A DNA stretch of 64,000 nucleotides from Callorhinchus milii (GCF_018977255.1 NW_024704743.1:70496001-70560000); one strand, 5' to 3'. Positions 39,306-53,115 are shown, counted from the first letter of the stretch. Notes: generated by a model not told the origin, from the letters alone. Numbers and translations are program-made.

Positions 39306-40493
39306 ATATAATAATAATAATCCTTGATATAGCGCTTTATCATGTCATTGAGACGTCTCAAAGCGCTTCACAGAATATATTGTAAAGTGGATATTGTGGG
39401 CAAAATGTGGCAGGTAAATTATAATATTCATATTCATACAGTTTATTAGACCTTGGCAGAACCTTTAATCCCAATGTACTTAAACAGGCAGATAGAAAGC
39501 CAGTTTATCATCTCATCTAAATGAGGTCAACTCTGCTAGTGTGGCACGCCCCTAGCACTGCATTGCAGTGTTAGTCTTGACTGAGCTCAAAGTCAAACTT
39601 GAACCCAGAACTTTCTAATCCAAAGAAGAAAGCCTGCTGACTGAGCCAAGCTGACACATATTCATATTCATTGCAATTGTATACAATGTATGCAAAAAAA
39701 AGTGTACGTTAATGTTTTTAGTCTGTGATCAACTCCTTTTGATTAAGTTCAGCATGGTCAGGTTTCAACAACTCAAAACTGTGCTAAAATCTTTTTATGC
39801 TGATCTCTTTGATTGTTGAATGCCAGTTTGGCAAAATTCTTTCCCTTCTGACACAACAGATGATTCCATGTCCTTAAGATCAGTACCAGAACAGATCACC
39901 ATGATCTTAGGAGGACAAGCTGTCTGTTGGCACAAGTAATGTGGTGTTGGTGAGAGAAGCATGGAGACCACAGAGGTGTGACAAATTACAAGCAGAGGAC
40001 CGAGCTCCAGTGAGTTACTCGAGGAAAGCTCTTATACAAACATATGCTTTATGCTGCTGTCCTTTCACCTCACAATCCCATTGAATGCCACAGGAGATGT
40101 TAGCTTTTCATATGGTGAAAGTTAGATACTCCTGTGAGCACTGTATGACATAGATTCTACCACTAGGTAGTCAATACAACAAGCACTTACATTGGCAGAG
40201 TCAATAGATTGGCATTGCATTGCCCCCTCCCTCCCCACTTTCACACTGGCAGAATTGACCTCATTCAGATGAGATGATAAACTGGCTTTCTATCTACCTG
40301 TTTAAAGACATTGGGATTGAAGGTTCTGCCAAGGTTTAATAAACTGTATGAATATGAATATGAAAATTTGCCTGCTGCATTTCGCCCACAAAATACACAA
40401 TCTATCCACTTTACAATATATTCTATGAAGCGCTTTGAGATGTCTCAATGACGTGATAAGGTGCTATATCAAGGATTATAATTATTATTATAT
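39306..40493. repeat. Inverted duplication: arms 39306-39543 and 40242-40493
   Basis: The arms are reverse-complementary and share private features absent from other SINE copies. Confidence 0.88.
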
Positions 40494-42609
40494 AGCACTG
40501 TTCACACAGAGTATTGTCTCAGAGCACCTACAATGTAAAATACTCCATAATGTTATCAGTTGGCCTAATTTTTGTAGTCTTTCCAGTAAAGATGATACCC
40601 ACACTGACAGACATCAACAAACCTCCTTCTTAATGCAAGCACATGCAACCATTTAGACCTCCATGTAGTCAGCTGAAAACCATTTTGAGGTATACAGTAT
40701 ATCCTTTTACTTCTCTGTGCTTTTAAATGTAAATGTAAAATATTCTGGCCAATAATCCTCCCTCATCCAAATCCATCTCCAAAAATATCAAATCAATTTG
40801 AATAATTTGCTTCATTGTTGTTTATGGGATTTTGCTGCACACATTGTCTGCTGTACCATGTTTGGCCTCATTATATTCTACAGCCACAACTTTATACAGC
40901 TTTCTTCATGTAGGAATAAAGTCTTGGAGCATTCACAAGACTAAGTCAGGCACCAAGCAATGGAGGAGAGGGAGGTGAGATTCGGTGTGGTCAAAGAGCT
41001 CGATTTTTATGCAAGATTTAAAGACAGAAAGACAGATAGAGGTGGGGGTGGGGGGGGGGGGGGGGGGTGCTGGGCAATGGGATGTTAAGGTTGTAGGGAG
41101 TTCCAGAGTTTAGGGGCACAGTTAATTTAGACGTTGAAAACAAGTTTATTATTAATTTACCATTTATCATCCCTTTTATGATTGAGACATTAATTTAGGT
41201 TCCTGTTACCACAGCATATATGCCCTCCTCATACAAAGTCATTGCAAAAAATTCAAACTATTGGCTATGTTAAATGTTGAGTTGAACCAGGCAGCCCTTA
41301 TCTATGATCAGTCACTGACATATTGGCTCAAATGCTGCAGAAACCGAGTTTTGGGTGAAATTGTTTTAACAAAATAATAATCCTTAGATTGGATATCATG
41401 CATTTTATGCTATAAAGATATCTTAAAGTGCTTTATGGGATATACTGTAAAGTGGAGTGACTGTTCACACAGGATATACTGTAAAGGGGAGTGACCGTGC
41501 ACCTGGTAGGCGAATGTGGCGCCCAATTTGTGTACATGTGTTTATGGTGCTGTCCCTTCACTGCTAGATTTTTAATGAAGTTGGAGAAGGGGAGGATGGT
41601 TTTTCCCCGCGGCGATTATGAATTGATACATCTCCAGGATTGGAATATCCCATATTGTGAAAATGATCAGTGGCAATAATTATCACACAGCATACTATAT
41701 TTTTCACCCCAAATGTGAAATCCATAAATCTATAACAATTTTAAAATGCAAATTATGTCATTCAAATCCATCGGATTTTAGTTCTTATTTTATTCTTGTT
41801 TTTTACTTATTCTAACCTTTTCTAACTTTAAAACATGTTTCTTACCGTTGTCTCTTTGTTGTAGCTTCCACCATTCTGGACCATAGGAACAATTTTCTTT
41901 AACAAGTGATTTGCATTGCATGATAGCTATTCTGGCTGCCTGGCTTTGCGTCGCTGAGAACCTAAGAGATGTATGATCAATATGGCTCATCACAGATAGA
42001 ACCCTGACAATCTCTGACATGATGTTTGGTTCTAAAATAGGAAGTTGAGTTGCAAGCAAGTATATTTGTGCCTGTTCCCCAATAATTGAATTCAGTGGTG
42101 CTTCAGCAGTTAATACTTTATAACATGCAGTTTGGATTGTAGTATTGCACACACAAATGTGAATAATTCATCACAAGCCTATATTTCCACAAGCATATTT
42201 TGAAAGGATATTCTTTCCAACTATTGCCATGATAATAGTACTGATCAAATTTATTTAATAACATTTTAGCAATTAGAGATGCAGATCAGAGTCATTCATT
42301 TACTGCTGTAAGTGTATGAAATGAAAATAAAAGTCTGCAGTGTATTGTATTGTGTAATATTATAGTTCAGGGAATAATCTTCAGGGAGTTTTTTCAATCT
42401 CTTCTGAGTAAATTCTGTATAGAACAGAAGACTTCAATTGTGGGGACGACACAGTTATTTTTCTGTTGTGATTGCATCCATTGCCTAATAATTTGATCAA
42501 CTGGAAGTTTTTAAGACTATTGAAACTTGTTGAGGTCCAAACTAACATGAATTATTCAGATTTACAGAATCTTTGTAGCAAAATAGATTCCTGCTGAAAC
42601 AAATCTGTG

Positions 42610-42846
42610 GAAACATTATTTCAGTGAGCGAGTAGTACATTTTTGGAACCGGCTTCTTAGGGAGACGGTGGAAGTAGAAAGTGTTGATTCTTTTAAAAGC
42701 AAATTTAATAGATTTCATTTTAGGAAATAATATCTTGGGATACAGTATATAGTTTAGGACATGGCATGTGAATACGACTGCCAGGATGGTGGAAGGCGAG
42801 ATAGATGGACCTTGGTTTTCTTTCGTCTAGCGATTCTTATGTTCTA
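42610..42846 (+). mobile_element. CR1 3' fragment
   Basis: CATTATTTCAGTGAGCGAGTAGT..TGGAAC..GTGGAAGTAGA..GATTCTTATGTTCT. Confidence 0.65.
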
Positions 42847-43134
42847 ATAGGTCCGATTTCAAATAGATTTTATACAACTTCTTGAACCTTTTGGATTGAG
42901 CAGCCCCCTCACCCCCCCCCCCTTCCCCCCGCCCCCCCCAGCACCCCCCCCAAAAAAAAAATCTCGTTGACTAAGCCTTTAGCTTTAAAATAATTTCCCT
43001 GCTTGGTGTCCAATGTTACATTTGATATAACAATCTATTTTTGTTACAGGTGATGCTGCTCTTAAGATTGCTCACAGACTTACTATTTTCACTGGTCAGA
43101 CTCTAATTCATCATGCTTGTGTGTCATGTTTGTG

Positions 43135-43535
43135 ACAGCCTGGCTCACTTGATAGCACTTTCGACTCTGAGTCAGAAGGCTGTGGATTAAAGCCCACCTC
43201 GGGACATCAAGCTCATATGGTCTATGCTAACATCCAATACTATTCTGCATTGTTGGAGGTGCTGTCTTTTGGATGAGACATTAAACTAAACTAAACATTC
43301 AGATAGACAGTCAAGATATCATGCCATCGAAAAGAGAAGGGAGTTTTTCCTGGTGTCCGGGCCATCAATGACCTAGATAAAATTTGTCATTGACTTCATG
43401 ATTATTTTTGGAACACTTGTGTGCAGAAATCAACTGTCACATTTGCCTACAAAATACTTTACATCAAATCCTGTGAAGCGCTTTGAGACATCCTTCTGAT
43501 GTTAAAGGCTCTATATCAAATTTAAGAATTATTAT
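43135..43535 (+). mobile_element. DeuSINE-type SINE
   Basis: Head CAGCCTGGCTCA..CTCTGAGTCAGAAGG and core GGAGGTGCTGTCTTTGGATGAGACATTAAAC. Confidence 0.8.
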
Positions 43536-44039
43536 CCTGGACATTTATGTAACGCTTATACTTTTTCATTCAAGCTCTTTTATCAAAGATGCACTGTAAT
43601 ATCTACCATCTCTGTGATTATCTGTAGACTCTGTTAATTAAAAGTCCAGTGGAAAACCACCGACCGATTCAGTCTCCATAATTACAGCAGCCTTGAAATT
43701 AGGCTGGAACTGTGATTTCTCTGTGAGAATGTACTTAATCCTGTAGTGTTAATATTGTCTGTGTAGGTGCTCGAGTTAAGCAAGACAGTCAGGTAGAACA
43801 TATCCACTCAGGGGACAGAGTTTATGACAATTGCAAACAACTTACAAACTGTTATCAAACTGTACCCTATTACATATTCTGTTTCTATCTCTGGGAAAGA
43901 TTTACAATCTTATTGATTGAATTAAAATGTCACTCAGAATTATGTGGAAGGATATATACTGAACTCAATTATATTTCCTTACGATGTGGAAGATGAGTGA
44001 GCTGAGATAAATTCAGATTGGTTTGAAACATTTTAATTA

Positions 44040-44430
44040 TAATAATAATAACAATCCTTGCATTTGATATAGCATCTTATCAACGTTAAAGTCAACTTTG
44101 TTGAGACGTCTCAAAGCGCTTCACAGAATATATTGTGAAGTGGATTAACTGTGTATTTTGTAGGTGAAACATGGCAGCCAATTGCACATGGCAGTGTCCC
44201 ACAAATGGTCATGGATTGAGTGACCACATTTTTTTTTGGTGGAGGGGGATTATTACACCCAGAAAGCGATCCGCCGATCAACTAAAAAAAATGGGTTCCT
44301 ACTTACTGCTAGGTAACCGAGACATGTGGAGTAAGGAAACTTGCCTAAGGTTTCATTCCGTCCGGGAATCAAAGCCAGGTCCTTTCACTTGCAAGGCAAA
44401 TGTATTAACCTCTGCACCACAGAACTCCAC
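44040..44430 (-). mobile_element. tRNA-Ala SINE, long subfamily
   Basis: Complete but diverged. Confidence 0.85.
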
Positions 44431-45214
44431 ATTTCCTCAGCGAATCCAGAATATTGAAACAGATAATTGTACCTAGTAATGGAAATGGTGCTAAGTTAAG
44501 TATAGTCATGGCTTGTAGATGTTTATGTCTGTATCACAGAAGGTGCATTGATGAAAGGAGAAATGTGATAATTGAGTACCACTCTTGTGGTAGTTGGTCA
44601 AGATTTATGCCTGGACGAACAGAAATATTACCTTTACCTCTATGGAGTATCACAATAATTTGTTGTTTCAGAGAGAGAATCTCTGCCTTTATTTTATTGA
44701 ATGCTACACAACGACTGATCTGTGAACATGATAGCAAATATTATGCACATTTGCAAGTGTGCAACACAATGATTTGTGTTTCTACACTGACAACCTGGCA
44801 GCTAGATTTATTGTGTGAGCAAAGGAAGCACATGTTATTGTCTTTACCTTCCTGCATATACCTTTTCCTATGTTTTCACTGTCCTTCAGCTGCTGTCAGT
44901 CACTCGAATTTCTACAGGCAAATGAAAGAAGGAATTGTACTGTTTTAAATAAAAGCTCAAGACTTTTTTATTGTATTGGCTTTGTCCTTGTAATCCTATA
45001 ACAGCTCAACATTTAGCAGTGCTGATCCTTAGTAAGTGCTCACATTGCACTTGCATGTGAAGGTGATTTCTCTGCTCAAGGCTCTGCATATCTATTTCTA
45101 TACCCTCCCCCCAGCAAGTCCATTAGATGTCACTGCCTTTGATAGTTGAGTTCAAGATCCATGATCCCTGATCTAAATCTGGTCTTCCATAGTGCACCAC
45201 CTGATGAAGTGTCA

Positions 45215-45588
45215 ACGAGGCTCAGTTGGTAGCGCTCTCTCCCCTGAGCCAGAAGGTTATGGGTTCTAGCCCCACATTGAACTCACAGTTTACTCACTGA
45301 CACTCCAATGAAGTGCTGGGCAATGTTGCATTGTTGAATGGGCTACCCTTTAGTTGGGATATTAAACTGAGGTCCTGTCTGCCGGTTCAGATAAATGTTA
45401 AACATCCAATTATTCAAAAGGAAAGGGAGTTTCTTGGCTATTTTGTGGGATATTGCTATGTGCTAATTAGCTGCCTCATTCACCATCAAAATACAGTCAG
45501 TACATTAAACAGTAAATCCTCTAAGCGGTTTTGAGATGTCCTCCTGACATGAAAGGTCCTTTATCAAATACAAGGATTATTATTATTG
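45215..45588 (+). mobile_element. DeuSINE-type SINE
   Basis: Head GGCTCAGTTGGTAGCGCTCTC, core ATTAAACTGAGGTCCTGTCTGCC and tail. Confidence 0.75.
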
Positions 45589-46739
45589 ATCTCTTCAAAT
45601 CGCCCCTATACCACCTATACCCACATAATCTTTTCCAGTTTTACATTCCAGACCCTAACCTCTGCTCCTCTAACTCTCGTGAATTACTAACTCCCCACTC
45701 ACTTGCTTCACCACACCATCACTGGCCGAGCCATCATCCTCCAAGACCATGCCGCTGTTCTCAACAATTCTCTTCCAAACCCAATTCATCTTGCTTCCCC
45801 TTTCTCTAAGCAAAAACCTCCTAAAAACATATCTCTTTCACCATGCCATTTGATCAATATCTTTGAGATGTTGACATCTATTTCTCTGCTTGGAATCCAC
45901 TATTATATTTGTCAATTTTTTTGAGACGTTATGTTACATGTAGTTATTATTATAGTTTTTTGTGGATTGAAACAGACAGAAGTGGTGATGCAGGGTTCCC
46001 TAGTACATCACTAAGAATTCAGTATTCCACCTCAACATATTTAACAATGAGCTTAACTTTTACAGCTTGACAGATAATGCAAATAACAGAACATCAAATC
46101 ATAAAACACAATTTCCTCTCCTATTTTTCTCCCCTGGGGGTAGGCATGTACCTACAAAATATACAGTCCTTTGCAGTTTATCATGTAAAGTGCTTTGAGA
46201 TGTCCTCCCGATATGAAAATTGGAGTATCAACCGTAAGGATTATTATTATTTTCCTCTGTTCAAGACAGATTTTAAGACATTTACAGAAAGTATTTCTTC
46301 AAGCAGAGTGTAATCAAAAAATGGAACAGGTTCCCATGAAGCTGTGATAATGCCGTACTTTTCACCCCTGAACTGGAGTCTAAGACTCATGAGCCGAAAC
46401 ATGAGCTCAAAGCCTGATTTGGGGCTTACAGAACAACCTTCTGAAACCGACAAGAGAGTGCTATCTACAGAGCCAGACTGACATCTAAGCATATTGCTCT
46501 TTGGGCACATTTAATGCTCATTGTCATAGATGTATCTGTTGATAGATATCTCCATATTTATATTCATATTTACCCTACTTTCTTCAGCACTTCTCTGAAG
46601 AATAACAAAATCTTAACAAAAACAACCTGCATATATATAGCACCCCTCATACAGGGTAACGTCCCAGAGCACTTGACAGTGGTGGAGCACAATGGTCTTA
46701 ATAAGGCACTGACAAGCTGAAATAAAACAAAGCAATCAT

Positions 46740-47905
46740 GGGCCTGAAATTCCAGAAGCCAAACATTGAAAGAGCTAATGTCAGTTTACGATTTTTGTTT
46801 TGCACTGGTAGTACAGCAATGTTCCAGGAGAGGCATACATCTTCCCTAAAACCTTCCAGAAACTGGGAAGCTTGTATTTTAATAAGTTGGAGAAGGTTTG
46901 TTTCTGGAGACATCTGCCAAAAACGTAGCAATTTACAACATTACCTCCTCCTTGCTGGCTGGAGCCTTTCCTCCAATTTGCAGTCTGTTCAACTCTTTGA
47001 TGGAAGGTTGTGCATTTAGAATGTTATTGACAAAATTGTTTGTCAGCCCCTCGTTATTTAGGGAAGAGCCATTGTTTGGAGCATGAGGTGATGCCACAGA
47101 TGTAGCTACAGGAAAGAAAACTGTTCCAGTCACAAGGGGCCTGGCAGCCAAGTTAAGGGGAACGAATATTGGAATAATAGGTGAAGTGGATTCCATGAGG
47201 AAAGTAGACACCTGCAGAATTAACATGTTTATCATCCAAGAGATGCTCAGGCACACTTCAATGGCAGGATTCAGCACATGGCAAGTAAGTTTCATGTCAG
47301 CACATGATGAAGCCAATTGCGCCCAAATAATGCCAAACTTTTGAAGGAATGTCTCAATCTGCACATAAGTACTAGCTTCTCAAGGCCAAAGCCAACAATC
47401 TGTGAGAGCAAAAATATTTCCTCTGTGCTAACTTGAGAAAAATCTCTGACAAGATGAGCTGCTTCTATATAGACACTGCAAGAGACATATTTATGTCTCA
47501 AAATAGACAGAATGTGTTCCTCCATGGAGATTCCATTCAGGACACATGTTTTCCTTTTGTCAGCCTGACAATGCTGTCACATATATGTCCTGCTCATGTG
47601 AAAACCCATCACCATGCTTAAGAGCATCCAAACCAAACTGAGAGTTCTATGCATCTCACCTACACATCAATTTCCATGTTTGGAATGGAATGTGCACACT
47701 CTCCCGGGAGGTACGCATCCTGCTTACTTAATTCCGGAAAGTATTAGATGCAGGCTGACAAAATCCAATGCTTGGGGACTCTAGAATGTGCATTGAGGTA
47801 CTACTGGAGTCTAAACTTCTAAAACTACATAGTTTGCTATTGACAGCACTATTTCGCAAGCTTGCCCACTGTTTGTCCAGATAAGATCATCCTACATATA
47901 GACTT
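46740..47905 (-). mobile_element. Degenerate RTE-like LINE relic; related inverted piece at 54660-54970
   Basis: NNILNAQPSIKELNRLQIGGKAPASKEEVML resembles the L..PP..EE...L..GKAPG.D region upstream of non-LTR RTs; 47590-47905 aligns in reverse with 54660-54970. Confidence 0.5.
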
Positions 47906-47949
47906 GTAAATGGGAGCTGAATGGGAAGAGTCCCTGCCCCCAGTGATTG

Positions 47950-48555
47950 GCTCTACCCTTCCAATTCAGCTCCAGAGAGACCCCACTTGCCTTTCCCACC
48001 AAGGAGGATAGTCACTAGTTCATCATTTGACCTCTGACCAGCACAGGTTTGAGCCCTCACAAGGTGAACGGTAAGTACTAAGAATTCTCTGCAAGCTTTC
48101 CAGCGGGCAACACAGCTCAGCATAAAATGTGCAAGAGCATTGCCGCCATCTTCCTGTCTGCAGCTCAGACACACGTCCCTTCCCATTGAGAGATGGTTCC
48201 ACCAGTTGTAGATAAAGAGCTTGAGCAGCAACTGCTTGCCTCTCTGCAAACCAATCAAGGTGGATTCTAGGTGCTGGACGTGGAGAAAGCATGTTCATGA
48301 ACTCAAGGTAATGCCTCCCAGCAGCTGTCACCCCAAGCCCTAGAGTTTCTTTATCAGCTATCTGACAGATATCTACCTTCAGTGTGGTGGCAGGACATTT
48401 ACAGGACAGCAGGCAACATGCCATCCACCTTCACAGCAGCTCCAATCCCTACACACCAGATACATCTATTTGCCAAGGACCCTCGCATAAGGACCTGGAT
48501 TAAGCAGCTAGTGCTGGGTAAGCATGGTATATAGCATTGGACTTGGAGCTCCAGA
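47950..48555 (-). mobile_element. Non-LTR retrotransposon C-terminal relic with CCHC knuckle (RTE-X-like)
   Basis: CLSCRQEDGGNALAHFMLSC (Cx2Cx10Hx4C) followed by DELVTILLG; 48466-48550 is homologous to 37513-37600. Confidence 0.55.
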
Positions 48556-49249
48556 ATAAGGACATGTTTGCACTGCAAATATGGTCTACAAAATTTGGTA
48601 TGGAATTTGTTTCAGCAAAATACGACTTACATTTTCCCCCAAATTCCATTCCTTTCAAATTATTTTGTTAACAGAATTGCACGGAATCTATACCCATACA
48701 TTACTAGGCTTTTATGCAGAAACCTCACAACTACAGCATGTCACACAGATTGAAACTGTGCACAAGCAGATTAAGTACAGATAAGGAAGACCTTCCAAAC
48801 CCAGTTATCTACATATCAAGTGGAAGTAAACAACAGCTTTTGTGAACTGTTGAGACCTTCTGGGCATGAACAGGTGGAGAGCTCTTTGCGATTTAGGCAA
48901 AGAAGATGGTGATTCTCCTTAAAGGGCCTTGCTAGTGAATTAAATTGTTTTCAGGCAACCCAGGCACAGATAATTTTTTAAACTCCACTCCAGCATTGCA
49001 GAGATGTTCATTTACACGAGCAGAATATTTTGTAGTGCAATACTTTGTTTGTTTATTTTTATTTTCATAATCCATTGTAGCAGTGGGCACTTCACTGAAC
49101 CCATTTCCATTTACAAACCTGGTAAAGGGTGTAGTTTGAGAATTGGGCAACGATATTCCTTTAAGTAGTCCTGAGGTCAACTCAAGAGCCAATTAATTTG
49201 AACAGCAATATTCTGATTCCAACAGTTGAATTAGTTAAACTGTGGAATT

Positions 49250-49710
49250 ATAATAATAATCCTTGCATTTGATATTTCATCTTATCAGTTCATCAAAAGT
49301 GCTTCACATGAGTTACTGTGAAGTATAGCGGCTGTGTATTGTAGGCAGCCAATTTGCACACAGCAGTGTACTACAAACAGCCATAGAGTGAATGACCAAT
49401 TATTATCTGGGGGATTGTTGACCAGAACATTGTGAGAAACTTCCTTCTTTTTTGAATAGTGCCATAGGATCTTTAACGGCCACCTGAACAGGCAGACAAG
49501 ACCTCGGTTTAACATCTCAACCAACAATACAGCACCCCCCCAGCATTGGAGTGTCATCTTAGATTATATGGGTTCCAAGTCCCAACATGAGGCTCAAACT
49601 CACAACCTTCTGACTCAACAACAACAACAACTTGAATTTATATAGTGCCCTTCACTCGGGGTGGCATCCCAAGTGCTTGAGGTAAGAATGCAACCAGCTG
49701 AGCTTGGCTG
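49250..49710 (-). mobile_element. DeuSINE-type SINE with a ~60-bp L2 tail inserted in its head (49618-49679)
   Basis: TTCTGACTCA|(ACA)n..CCCAAGTGCTT|GAGGTAAGAATGC. Confidence 0.8.
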
Positions 49711-52255
49711 AATATTGAATTGATTGACTAACAAATATTGCAAAATTTGTTGTGTATTAAATAAATATCACTTTAGCACCAGTAGAGTAATACATCAATA
49801 TTACTATTTATTATTATTACTCAATTGAAAACAGTATTTATGTTAAATAGTGATACTCCTTACATTTGATAAAGTGCCTTAACACGTCATTAAAATTTCT
49901 CAAAGTGTTCACAGGATTTTTACTGTAAAGTGTAGTGACTGTGTATTTTTGTTTGTATTGCAAACCAGCCAATGTGTAATAATCCTTGCATTAGAAACGA
50001 CACTTTAGCATGTCATTGAGCTCTTCACTGCACTTTACAGTACATCATGTATACATAATCCTGACGTAAGGATTATTTATTTATTTATTTATTTATTTAT
50101 TCATTCATTCTGGTCTTCCTCCTCCCGATCAATCGTTGTGGTTAAGAGAATCAGAGTTTATTGTTAGGGTAGTAATTAGGGTTAGGGTTAATACAATAGA
50201 GTGCTTCATATAGTCAGTACAAATGAAGTGCTTTACGTAGTTAACATTAAGCACATATCATGACTTTGCTGAACAAAATGGTAGAATTTGTATATGAGAG
50301 AAGGAACCAATAAATGACATAAAGAGTGAAAACAAGAAATGATATGAGGGTATATTCCAGTAAAATCCCTGGTTTAACATCTAAGTCTAATTTATAACCA
50401 CAGGACATCCTCTGAGCTGGTAAGTATTTATCCAGATGGTTGTGTATGCAGACTTCAGTAGAAAATGTGCTAGTTATTAACACACAAGTTCAAACGCACC
50501 ACCAGAATCAGTCACTGATATGAGTCTTGTAATACCAAGAAGTTAAGTAATATCTATATCGTTTTTCATAGCTTTGTCATTAGCTTGTAATGATTGGATT
50601 ATGTTGCAGATGAATCACAGAATAAATCTCTTTCACAAACACTATGCCCCGATATTAATCAAAACCATTAAAGCAACACAGTCAGTGTAAATTAAAAAAT
50701 TTGCATGTCTAAATTAAAAATTACTGCAATACATCATAAATAAAATGTTTAACCGTTTGCAGCCTGTAGTAGCATCCAACCATTGTCTCTCTCTCTTTTT
50801 TAATTAAGCAAATAGCGGTGGTGAATGTTCTTCAAGCAACTTTCAGTGAATTGTCCTTAGACCACAGCAAATAGATTCTCCTGTCTAGGACAATGACTCA
50901 GAGATTGCAGCCTACAGCAACAACTGGTATTTATGTAATGCCTTTCCCATGGGATGAATATCTCGGAATACTGAACGGTCTGATAGAGAAGAGAGCAGGA
51001 AGAAGGGAAAAGTAAGGTCGTTGACCAAAAAAAGTAATGCCAGACGGATATGTTTCAAAAAGGGTTTTGAAGGCAGGGTGAGAGGATGCAATCAAAGAGA
51101 TTTTGGAATCAGGAGTGTTTCGGAGTGCAGGGACATAGCAGCTGAACGGTGATAATTATCACATTGAATCTGCAATGAAATTTTGCAAATTTCCCCTCTA
51201 CATGTACTACACAGCAACCTCGTAAATCCGCGCCCCCATCCCCCCCAAAAAAAATCCAGAACATGACAGACTGCCGATCAGGACTTATTCTTGGAAGCTG
51301 TTGGTTTAGATGAAAGAGCCTCGATTGAATTATTTATATGAAAATGGTTCATTTCTCAGAATAATTGAATCCATTTATATTTATCTGGTAAGAGATCAAT
51401 TCTTGTTGCGTTACAACTTTTCTCAATTTCTTTACAATAGTCCTGTGCAAAGCAACAATCTCTGCACAGATGAGGTGGATTAGATGAGTATGATTTGGAA
51501 GTGTTTCAAATGACAAAAATATCTGAGGCCAGTTACTGTCAACTGTTACCCTGTTTCTGCTTGTAATATTCAGTTAGCAAGGTCTGAGTTGGGTTTATGT
51601 TTGCCATGAAGTTTAGCGCATTGTTTTAATTTTAAGACAGTTATATTTCAAAATTATCTTGATGTGTTACATTTTGCTGGAAACACACACACATACTTGC
51701 ATTCATTCTTATTGGTATCATTAATATGACTGACATTTTGGCAGCCTGGCTCAGTTGGTAGCATTCTTGCCTTGCCTTTACGAGAGTGCTACCAACTGAG
51801 TTAGGGTGGGAGTAGAGTGGCTTTGGTGCTCAGTGTTTAGTAGAGTGACTCTGAGGATAGATTGCGTGTAGTGCTCAGAATTGAGTGGAGTGAGGCTGAA
51901 GTGGGTGTGGGGCTCAGTATTGAGAAGAGTGAGGTTGAGTGGAGTGGTTGTAGTGCTCATTACTGAGCTGCTGGACATGGAGTGGGTGGGAATCTGCAAT
52001 ATTTCTTTAAGACATCTCGACGACGTGAAAGGTGCTATATCAAATGCAAGGATTATTATTCTCAAAAGGATTATACCATATTGCATGCAAATAAAAGCCT
52101 ATTTGATCAAAGCACTAAACTACTTTGTTCACACTTATCACCAGCTGCCATGTTGAACTATGCACTAAGGTATTGCACAGTAATTGTGTATACATCATGA
52201 TTAATCTGTTTATGATGTCCATGTGGAGGTCAGATCTGACCTGAAATCTGATTTC

Positions 52256-52752
52256 TGTATCTCAGTAGATATTAAGCAAATTATCCATGCAGAGAAAATA
52301 CAAACAAGTTACCCTTTGATGCAAATGCTGCTTTGATTGCATTGCAATATAACCCAAAGTTAAAATGAATATTGAATCTGCCTTTTCTGCACCTCATCTG
52401 CATTATCTACCTGTACTACCTTCAGCATCTGTCCCAGGTCAAATATCACCCATCATGATGTTTGATATTTGATACCATCATCAACATCAGATACTGCATT
52501 CCTGTACAAGTGGGAACAACATTTATTGCAGATACAGGATGCAGAATAAGTATTTGTATTTGACATGGGACAGATTCTGAAGGTAGTATAGGTAGATAAT
52601 GCAGATGGGATGAACAATAAGCAGATTCAGTATCAATTTTTATTTTGCTTTATTCTGCGATGCAACCAAAGCCACATTTGTATCCAATGTTTGAATGTTT
52701 AAATTTACACTGATTCAGTGAGGATAATTTGCTTACTTTCTCCTGGGACACA
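52256..52752. repeat. ~500-bp imperfect palindrome (MITE or foldback-like)
   Basis: 52395-52445 pairs with 52557-52607 at 48/51; further arms include TAAGCAAATTATCC / GGATAATTTGCTTA. Confidence 0.85.
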
Positions 52753-53115
52753 CATTATGAGAATGTAGCATGTGTCCAACACACATGAAGAAGAATATAT
52801 AAGATTGTGGCTCAGGAGCTGCAGATATCAACAGATACCTGGGGTTAAAATAATAAAAAAGTGCATTATACATAGCATCTTATTGCACATTGCACACAGC
52901 ACTTTGAACGGACTCGAAGCAATTCACAGGGGTTACTTTAAAGCAAATGTAGCAGCTAATCTGCCCCATCAATATCCTACAAATAGCAGAAATGACCAAA
53001 TTGAATCAGATTTGGGTGAATTTAGATGGAAGGTGAATATTGGCCAGGGCCACAGGGAATGACCTGATCTTCTGTGGACTAGCGTGCTGGGATCTTTAAC
53101 ATCACTAGATTTTAT

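Noticed and set aside
44454..44948. 164-aa ORF
   Set aside because: Non-ATG start, no motif, and a composition typical of non-coding DNA.
48932..49192. 86-aa ORF or terminal exon candidate (..TMDYENK..)
   Set aside because: No recognisable homology and only a moderate acceptor; support is insufficient.
50163..50190. Interstitial telomeric repeat
   Set aside because: Only three interrupted TTAGGG units.
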